Source: Polyangiales bacterium
GTDB taxonomy: Bacteria > Myxococcota_A > Polyangia > Polyangiales > Ga0077539
DNA length: 64,000 nucleotides
Assembly (NCBI GenBank): GCA_044229975.1
Contig: JBGARZ010000017.1
Coordinates: forward strand, 129,837 to 193,836
Direction of reading: 5' to 3'
Under the pieces are notes generated by a model. That model was not told the DNA's origin. It did no database searches and saw only the letters and a list, made by a program, of their open reading frames with translations. A program made the position numbers and the translations under genes. Position 1 is the stretch's first letter; each line of letters begins with the position of its first letter. Below are positions 57,181 through 64,000 of this stretch, piece by piece.

Positions 57181-59751
57181 ATGAAGCACTGCGCCCTGTT
57201 CGCTGCCCTGGCCGTGGTCACGGCTTGCTCCTCCGACCCGTCCGTCGCGCCGAGCGACGCAGCGACCGGCGACCGTCCTGGCGCCGACGCCCCTGACGCA
57301 CCCATCACAGCCTCGTGCTCGCGCGTCGACCCGATGGAGCCCGGCGCCGACCCGCCCGCCGTGCGCCTCAGCGCCCCCGTGACGATCACCCGCGACCGAC
57401 AGGGCGTGGTCCATCTCGAAGGCCAGACCGACGACGACGTGATGTACGCCGCGGGGTATGCGCAGGCGGTCGATCGGATGTTCCAGATGGAGCTGGTGCG
57501 ACGCGCGGCGCGCGGTCGACTGGCCGAGGTGATCGGCCGCGAGAAGCTCGCGCAGGACCAGCTCATCCGGCTGATGGGTGTTCCTCATTGGGGCAGGGAG
57601 AGCGCGCGGCGCGTGGCGCGCGAGCACCCGGAGACCCACCGGCTCATCACGGCCTGGGTCGCGGGAGTCAACCGCCGCGTCGACGAGATCAACGCGGGCT
57701 CTGTCGCCCGCCCGCCAGGTCTGCGCGCCAGCGAGTTCGACTTCGCCCCGCAGCGCTGGACCACCGACGACCCCTACGTCATCGGCCGCCTGCAGCTCTT
57801 CCGCAACGCCAACCAGCTCGATTACGACGTGCTCGCCACCATCGCGCGCGAGTACGTCCCGGGCGCCGCGGGGATGCCGCTCATCGACTCGGTCTCCGGT
57901 GGCTTCATCCTTCCCCCCGAGGAGCGCCCGTCGTCGGCGATGCAGTCGCGCCGTGTGGCGCCGCCCGACGCACGCGCCCGTCTCGCGGGCTTCCTCGACG
58001 TCATGCAGCCGCTCGCGCGCGGGGCGAGCAACAACTGGGCGGTGGCCGGGCGGCACAGCGCCAACGGGCGACCGCTGCTGGCGGGTGACCCACACCAACC
58101 CTTCCAGAGCCCGACGGTGTTCTGGGCGCACCACATGCGCAGCGCGGCGCCCGGGGGTCTGGACGTCGCGGGCTTCGCCTTCGCGGGCGCGCCCTTCGTC
58201 AACCTCGGACACAACCGCCACGTCGGCTGGACCGCCACCACGGCGTACCCCGACACCATGGACCTCTTCCGGGTGCGCGCCGAAGCAAGGACCATCTCGC
58301 TGGGCGGCGCGACGCTGCCGGTGGCGACCTGCTCCGAGCGCATCGCGGTGCGCGGCGAGGCGGCGGTGGACTACGCCGTCGAGGAGGTGCCGGGCGTCGG
58401 GGTGCTGCTGCCCGACACGCTCTTCCCACTCGCCCTCGTGGACAAGGGCGAGCGGGTGCTCTTCCGCTGGGCGGGCTTCCGCGCCACCGAGGAGGCTGAC
58501 GTCTTCCTGGCGTTCAACCGGGCTGGGGACGTCGCGCAGTTCGAGGCGGCGGTGCGGCGCATGGAGATCGGCTCTTTCAACTTCGTCTTCGCCGACGCGC
58601 GCGACATCGCCCACCGCTCGCGCGTGCTCATTCCCGATCGCGGCGACCCGCGCACGCTGGGATCGCCCTTCGCCCTGCTCGACGGCGCCAACGCCCGCGC
58701 GCAGTGGAGTGGCGCGCTGCTCCCCGACGAGCGTCAGCCGAGCTCGCGCGGCGGGACGCGGGGCTTCCTCTGCTCGGCCAACAACGACCCCTTCGGGTTC
58801 ACGGGCAACGGGCGCATCGAGGACGACCCCTGGTACTACGGCGTGTGGTTCGACCCGGGCACGCGCGCGGCGCGCATCGAGCGCGAGCTCACCCGACTGA
58901 CCACCGCGGGCGGTGTGACGCCCGAGCAGATGCAGCGGCTCCAGCTCGACACGTACAACACGCTCGCCGACGACGTGCTGCCGGCGCTCGCCGCGGCTGT
59001 CGGTCACGTCGGCACCGACCCGGCCCTGTCGATGTACGCGGGTGATGCCACGCTCACCGCGCTCGCCGCGCGCCTCGCCGCGTGGGACCGCCGCATGGAC
59101 CGCGCGGCCTCCGAGCCGGTGGTCTACGAGGCCTTCCAGCACTTCTTCGCGCGCCAGGTGCTGGCCGACGACCTCGACGTGATGTTCGACGCGATCCTGT
59201 CGCGCGAGCCGGTCTACATCATGAAGATCCTGGCGATGGTGGTGAGCGGGCGCACGCCCATGGCCGCGCGCTACCTCCAAGCCGGGCGCGACGTGCTGGC
59301 GATGCGCGCGCTCGCCCAGACCCGCGACTGGCTCACCATGCGCTTCGGTGGAGTGGAGCCGAGCCGGTACACCTGGGGCGCGTTTCACACCACGCGGCCG
59401 GTGCCGCTCTTCTCGGCGGAGGGGCCCTTCGCGGTGGCGCCCGAAGCCGCCGACGGCTCCATCGGCACGGTCAACGTCTCGCAGTCGCTGTTCTTCAACG
59501 GCGCGACCCCGCGGCAGACGATGGAGTCGCACGCGGCGCCCGCCTACCGCATGGTGATCTCCTTCGGTGAGGACGGAACCCCGACGGCGACGGTGAACTT
59601 CCCGCGCGGCAACTCCGGCGACCCGACGGCGCCGGACTGGTCCAACGCGCAGGCCGACTGGTCGGCGGGCACCTATCGTACGCTCGCGTACGAACGCGCC
59701 GCGATCGACGCCGCGATGCGAGAGCGAACGACGCTCGCGCCGGTGCCGTAG
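57181..59751 (+). CDS. Penicillin acylase family Ntn-hydrolase (lipoprotein)
   Basis: ITRDRQGVVH, GYAQAVDRMFQM, nucleophile SNNWAVAG, LLAGDPH, SANN and GNSG. Confidence 0.93.
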   Translation: MKHCALFAALAVVTACSSDPSVAPSDAATGDRPGADAPDAPITASCSRVDPMEPGADPPAVRLSAPVTITRDRQGVVHLEGQTDDDVMYAAGYAQAVDRMFQMELVRRAARGRLAEVIGREKLAQDQLIRLMGVPHWGRESARRVAREHPETHRLITAWVAGVNRRVDEINAGSVARPPGLRASEFDFAPQRWTTDDPYVIGRLQLFRNANQLDYDVLATIAREYVPGAAGMPLIDSVSGGFILPPEERPSSAMQSRRVAPPDARARLAGFLDVMQPLARGASNNWAVAGRHSANGRPLLAGDPHQPFQSPTVFWAHHMRSAAPGGLDVAGFAFAGAPFVNLGHNRHVGWTATTAYPDTMDLFRVRAEARTISLGGATLPVATCSERIAVRGEAAVDYAVEEVPGVGVLLPDTLFPLALVDKGERVLFRWAGFRATEEADVFLAFNRAGDVAQFEAAVRRMEIGSFNFVFADARDIAHRSRVLIPDRGDPRTLGSPFALLDGANARAQWSGALLPDERQPSSRGGTRGFLCSANNDPFGFTGNGRIEDDPWYYGVWFDPGTRAARIERELTRLTTAGGVTPEQMQRLQLDTYNTLADDVLPALAAAVGHVGTDPALSMYAGDATLTALAARLAAWDRRMDRAASEPVVYEAFQHFFARQVLADDLDVMFDAILSREPVYIMKILAMVVSGRTPMAARYLQAGRDVLAMRALAQTRDWLTMRFGGVEPSRYTWGAFHTTRPVPLFSAEGPFAVAPEAADGSIGTVNVSQSLFFNGATPRQTMESHAAPAYRMVISFGEDGTPTATVNFPRGNSGDPTAPDWSNAQADWSAGTYRTLAYERAAIDAAMRERTTLAPVP

Positions 59752-59755
59752 AGAG

Positions 59756-60132
59756 CTTTCATTTCTACAGCTCCGTGGCGCCCGCTTCGGAGCGCCCACT
59801 GCGCGGTTGCGGACGGCCCGCGCGCGCGGGCCTACAACCGCTGAAGTGGGAGCCTGGAGCTGGGCGTCCCGCCGTCGCGGGACTTCCTGGATGCGCGCCG
59901 GTCGCTGGAGCGACCGTCGAGAGGGTGAAGGAGGTCGTCTCCAAGCCATTCAGCGAGCCCCTACCTCCACTCGTCGAGCGCAGCGCGCTCGGCGCTCCGA
60001 CAGGAAGTCCCGCGACGGCGGGACGTCCAGCTCCAGGCTCCCACTTCAGCGGTTGCAGGCCCGCTCACGGGCCGTCCGCAACCGCGTAGTGGGCGCTCCG
60101 CCGCGCACGCCGACGATGTGTCGAAGTGAAAG
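59756..60132. repeat. Long imperfect inverted-repeat element (REP/MITE-like) between convergent genes
   Basis: Arms 59788-59889 and 60001-60100 are near-perfect reverse complements. The outer 14-mers CTTTCATTTCTACA and TGTCGAAGTGAAAG match at 12/14. Confidence 0.85.
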
Positions 60133-60157
60133 ACCTTGAGAGCGCTGTTGTTGTCGC

Positions 60158-60736
60158 TCAGGGCCATCCCGACGGGATACGCTGGGCCACCTCCGGCGGG
60201 ACCCGCCCGACCTCAGACGGGGTCTCGATCACCCGGCTCTCGATCTCCGCCGGGGCGATGCCCTCGGCGCGGAGGAGGAGCGCCGCGAACTCGAAGTCGT
60301 CGAAGTCACCGGGAACGGCGTCGTTGCGCCCGGCGACCACGCACACCTCGTGGGGGCCGGCGGTGAGCGTCACCTCCCAGGTGGTCGACATCTGCGACCC
60401 GAGCGAGCTGCCGCGCGCGCCCTGCGCCAGGAGCATTGGCAGCATCGTCGATTCGCCGTCGATGCGGATCTGGTTGGTGGGACGTTCGGTGTTGCGCAGG
60501 CCCTCGATGCGCACCGACGCGGCGGCGCCGCGGGGCATCCGTAGGACGGAGCACCAACTCTGCGCGCGGACGTTCGACTGGTTGAACGACTGGCCGCTGT
60601 AGTTCTGGTCTCCGAGGTGGACGGGCGCGTGGTTGAGCGCGACCCACGCGCCGGGGACTTCGTGCGCCCGGAGCGCTCCGCTCGTCGCACAGCCCGTGGC
60701 CAAGGAGAGGAGGCCGAGGATCAAGATCTTCTTCAT
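60158..60736 (-). CDS. Hypothetical lipoprotein
   Basis: MKKILILGLLSLATGC lipobox; VHLGD and GDFDDFEF. Confidence 0.75.
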   Translation of the reverse strand: MKKILILGLLSLATGCATSGALRAHEVPGAWVALNHAPVHLGDQNYSGQSFNQSNVRAQSWCSVLRMPRGAAASVRIEGLRNTERPTNQIRIDGESTMLPMLLAQGARGSSLGSQMSTTWEVTLTAGPHEVCVVAGRNDAVPGDFDDFEFAALLLRAEGIAPAEIESRVIETPSEVGRVPPEVAQRIPSGWP

Positions 60737-60986
60737 GGTGCCCTTCAGCGAAGGTGCGGGTCGCATGCAGGCAATGGGACCTTCGCTGGCGCCCCCAATG
60801 CGGGCGGACCCACGCCGGGCCCTTCTACGGACCTGGCTCACGATGCTTCACAGGCAAGGCGAAATTCTGCCGCTCGCCTTGTCGCTCGCGGGGTCGGGTG
60901 TCCTCGCTGCATTCATGGGTGGGCCGTTCCGTGGTCGCTGAGCTCGCGTGACGGCTCGTCGGGTGAACCCGCTGTACCTTCGCTGG

Positions 60987-62108
60987 ATGACCACTGTTCT
61001 CGGGATCGACGCTGCCTGGACCGCCACGAACCCAAGCGGCGTGGCACTCGTGTCGCGCCAGGGTCACCGGTGGTCCTGTGTGGCGCTCGCGCCGAGCTAC
61101 CGCTCGTTCCTCAAGCCCGCGTCGGACCCACGGTCTGTATGGGCGATACCGAAGATCGAAGGCGACGAGGCCGACGTCGATGCGATCATGTCGGAGGCCC
61201 GCCGCCGCGCCGGGGAGGAGGTCGACGTCGTCGCGATCGACATGCCCGTTGCGACCGCGCCGATCAAAGGCAGACGGAAGGCCGACGGGCAGATCTCATC
61301 GCTCTTCGGTCGTCAGAAGTGCAGCACCCACTCGCCGAGCGTCGTCCGTCCCGGCCCGATTGGCGAGCGTCTCACGGCCACGTTCCGTGACCGCGGCTAT
61401 CCCGTCGCGACGACGTCGACCGGCCCGCTGCCGCGAGCGCTCGTCGAGGTGTACCCGCACCCCGCCTTGCTCGCGCTCACCCACGCGACCGAGCGGCTGC
61501 CCTACAAGATCGCGAAGCCCAGGCGGACGTGGCGTGAGGTTCGACCGCGCTGGGAAGCGATCCTGCGTTTGCTGCGTCAGCGCATCGACGGCATCGACCT
61601 GGAGCTGCCAGAGGACGACGATACCCCGATCCCGCGGTTGAAGCGCTTCGAGGACGCGATCGACGCCCTGGTCTGCGCCTGGGTCGCGATCGAATACGTG
61701 GAGGGGCGAGTCGTCCCGTACGGCGATCGCACGGCCGCCATCTGGTGTCCGACCACGACGCTGTTCCGCCCCGTGGGTCAGGCCGAGCTCGACCTGATCG
61801 CGGCCAGCGGGTTTCGTGCGTTCCCGCCCCGACTGCCCGAACAGCCGATCTTCTACCCGGTGCTCGACGAGCCGTACGCGGTGCAGATTGCCAACGATTG
61901 GAACGTGCGGGACCCATCATCGGGCTTCGCCGGGTACGTGACCCGCTTCCGCGTGCGGACCGAGGTGGCGACCCGCTACCCGGCGCGGGTGGTCGGCGCG
62001 TCGCGACACCGTGAGCTGTGGGTTCCGGCGGAGGAGCTCGCGAAGTTCAACGCAGCGATCGTCGGGCCGATCGAGGTCGTGCGGGAGCTTCGTCCGATCG
62101 CTTCGTGA
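60987..62108 (+). CDS. DUF429 (predicted RNase H-fold nuclease) fused to a small ART-like domain
   Basis: LGIDAAW, VAIDMP, VEVYPHPA and EDAIDALVCAW, followed by TTLFRPVG..EL..I...FPPRLPEQPIFYPV...DWN...ELWVPAEEL. Confidence 0.82.
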   Translation: MTTVLGIDAAWTATNPSGVALVSRQGHRWSCVALAPSYRSFLKPASDPRSVWAIPKIEGDEADVDAIMSEARRRAGEEVDVVAIDMPVATAPIKGRRKADGQISSLFGRQKCSTHSPSVVRPGPIGERLTATFRDRGYPVATTSTGPLPRALVEVYPHPALLALTHATERLPYKIAKPRRTWREVRPRWEAILRLLRQRIDGIDLELPEDDDTPIPRLKRFEDAIDALVCAWVAIEYVEGRVVPYGDRTAAIWCPTTTLFRPVGQAELDLIAASGFRAFPPRLPEQPIFYPVLDEPYAVQIANDWNVRDPSSGFAGYVTRFRVRTEVATRYPARVVGASRHRELWVPAEELAKFNAAIVGPIEVVRELRPIAS

Positions 62109-62179
62109 GCGTGGCCGGCGGACCAGCGCGAAGAACGCTTCCAGCAACATGTCAGGACGGCCATCATCTGGTAGATGAC

Positions 62180-63202
62180 ATGACCATGAAGGCGACAGAC
62201 GACGCCCTGGACCCATACCTTGAGCGTCTGCGAGCGCTCCCCTTTGTGACCGAGGCCACGGTGCTGAAGAGCCGTCGGCCAGACGGCAGTGCTCGCCTTC
62301 GACTCCGAACTCCCGCGGCGAAGTTCGAGCTCGCAGTTTCGCTCCAGGGCCGCAACCTCGACCGCGTCTCGGCGACGCTGCTCGCCGAGCGCATCGCGGG
62401 CGGGGACGTGCCGTCGATCGTCTTCGCGCCCGCGATCAGTGAACCACTCGGGGAGATGTTCGAGCGGCGCGGCGTCGCCTTCGTCGACCGCCAGGGCAAC
62501 TGCTTCGTGCGACTCGGCGACCAGTACATCGCCAGGGTCCAGGGTCGTCGGGCGACCCGATCGGCGCCGAAGGACCGCGCGATCCGGGCGGCGGGCTACC
62601 AGGTGATGCTCGCGCTGCTGTGCGCCAACGAGCTTGTGCGTCGGCCGCTGCGGGACATCGCCGCAGCTTCGGGCACGAGCGTGACGGCGCCTGCGGACAT
62701 GCTCCGTCGGCTCACCGACGAGGGCTATCTCGCGCGGACGCGGCACGGGCTCACGTGGGTCGAGGCGCGGCGGGAAGAACTGGTAGAGAGGTTTCTCGTG
62801 GGGTACCGCGACGTCCTACGGCCGCGACTCCTGGTGGGCCGCTACAAGACGCCGCTCGGTGATCCGGCAAAGCTCGAAGCGCGTCTCACGGAAGTGCTGG
62901 ACGGGAGTGACGCGTGGCGATGGGGTGGGGCGGCAGCGGGCCACCGAATGAACCGCCAGTACCGCGGGCCGCGGACGGTCGTGTACCACGCGGCGTGGTC
63001 GGCCGGGTTGCTGGCGAAGATCCCTGCCATCGCGAGCCCGGACGGTGACCTCGTGGTGCTGCGCGCGCCGGGGGTGACCGTGTTGCAGGGGGCTGAGCCG
63101 CGACTGCCGCATCCGTTGCTCGTCGTCGCCGAGCTACTGGCCGAGCCCGAGGAGCGGGCGTGGCGGGCCGGAGCGGAGATCCGCGAGGAGCTGCGGGCGT
63201 GA
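62180..63202 (+). CDS. AbiEi-like type IV toxin-antitoxin antitoxin
   Basis: AFVDRQGNC, a central HTH (RPLRDIAAASGTS), YRDVLRPRL, WGGAAAG and HPLLVVAELL..PEERA. Confidence 0.75.
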   Translation: MTMKATDDALDPYLERLRALPFVTEATVLKSRRPDGSARLRLRTPAAKFELAVSLQGRNLDRVSATLLAERIAGGDVPSIVFAPAISEPLGEMFERRGVAFVDRQGNCFVRLGDQYIARVQGRRATRSAPKDRAIRAAGYQVMLALLCANELVRRPLRDIAAASGTSVTAPADMLRRLTDEGYLARTRHGLTWVEARREELVERFLVGYRDVLRPRLLVGRYKTPLGDPAKLEARLTEVLDGSDAWRWGGAAAGHRMNRQYRGPRTVVYHAAWSAGLLAKIPAIASPDGDLVVLRAPGVTVLQGAEPRLPHPLLVVAELLAEPEERAWRAGAEIREELRA

Positions 63203-63838
63203 CGCCATTCACGACTGAGCAGGTCGCCGCATTGGAGGATCTCACGCGTCGAGTGGCGCCGACTCCGATGGTCCTGATCGGGGCATCGGCCGTCGGGTGC
63301 TACGTACCGATGGAGGGGCGTCGCATCGAGGACCTGGACATCGTCGTCGCGCTCGAACTCGACGGGCTCGACGAACTCGCACGGCGGCTCGTGGGGTGGA
63401 GCCGCCACCCGAGGCGAGAGCACGAATGGCGTAGCCCGTTGGGGGCGCGAGTGGACGTCGTCCCTGCCGGTCCCGGCCTGCTGAGCACGGGGCAGCTCGT
63501 GGCTCGACCGCCCCGACCGCGAGCACGACCTCGCCGACCTAGCGCATCTCATGGAAGGGTGGTTGGCGATCGACGACGAGCGCCGCTTCGAAGCCGACGT
63601 ATTGGCGCACATCGACTGGTACGAGGACGTGCCGCCGTTCCTGCTCGGACGGTCGTTGCGAGCGATGTCAGGTCCCACGCATCGGGCGGTGGTGGATCGG
63701 TTTCTGGCGAAGGTCGGAGACGACACGACTGCGGCTCACGGCCGGTTGGTTGCGCTGAGCCCACTGAGCTGGCGCAACCGGGAGGACGGTGCCGCCGCGA
63801 AGCTGGAGGCGTTCCGTCGCGGCTTCGAAGCGGAGTAG
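63199..63838 (+). pseudogene. AbiEii-like nucleotidyltransferase toxin with an internal deletion and frameshift
   Basis: GTG overlaps the antitoxin stop; VLIGASA, RRIEDLDIVV and RVDVVP in the first frame. After ~63500 the C-terminal WLDRPDREHDLADL is in the +1 frame. Confidence 0.75.
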
Positions 63839-63999
63839 TACCTCGTCGCAGGAGTTCTGACGGGTTGAAGAAGCCGCAAGGGCGCAAGGGTCGCAAGGAC
63901 AAGATGAGATGAGGGTGAGTCGCCTGAGTCGTCCTCCCTTGCGACCCTTGCGCCCTTGCGGCTTCTTCAACCCGTCAGAACTCCTGCGACGAGGTACTA
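63836..63999. mobile_element. MITE-like element with perfect 63-bp inverted arms and TA at both ends
   Basis: 63836-63898 is the exact reverse complement of 63937-63999, around a 38-bp spacer. No transposase. Confidence 0.75.
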
Positions 64000-64000
64000 G

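Noticed and set aside
57181..59751. Specific call as an AHL (quorum-quenching) acylase
   Set aside because: Substrate cannot be inferred from the family motifs alone.

Overview
Very GC-rich bacterial DNA, probably Myxococcota: it has a TIGR02266-type PilZ protein, Cys-rich lipoproteins, several Hanks kinases and many two-component proteins. All family calls come from motif recognition; no searches were run. (1) 1-5.9 kb: OsmC, an AI-2E transporter, a CoA-transferase and a truncated NtrC-like regulator, then a 3'-half tRNA-Phe (att-like site) next to a tyrosine-integrase remnant. (2) 6.2-32.5 kb: a large signalling region. Its core is a tightly coupled ~17.8 kb minus-strand operon encoding two diguanylate cyclases, an HPt hybrid kinase, two PilB/GspE-type ATPases with MshEN-like c-di-GMP motifs, a Ser/Thr kinase, a membrane glycosyltransferase, a His-less kinase, a small tandem-domain protein, a PilT with a duplicated N-domain, and a globin-like kinase with its receiver. 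No pilin, PilC or secretin gene is present. A divergent cluster encodes an EAL phosphodiesterase, a PilZ protein and a pseudokinase-PilZ fusion. This is the best candidate for an undescribed system. (3) 32.5-48.6 kb: a T1SS-like ABC/HlyD/TolC set and many regulator-enzyme pairs with visible operator palindromes. (4) 48.8-60.7 kb: surface lipoproteins, a cNMP-domain kinase, an Ntn acylase and a long palindromic element. (5) 61-64 kb: a small defence-like locus with a DUF429 nuclease fusion, an AbiE-type pair whose toxin is broken, and a MITE-like perfect inverted repeat. Several genes across the window show deletion scars.
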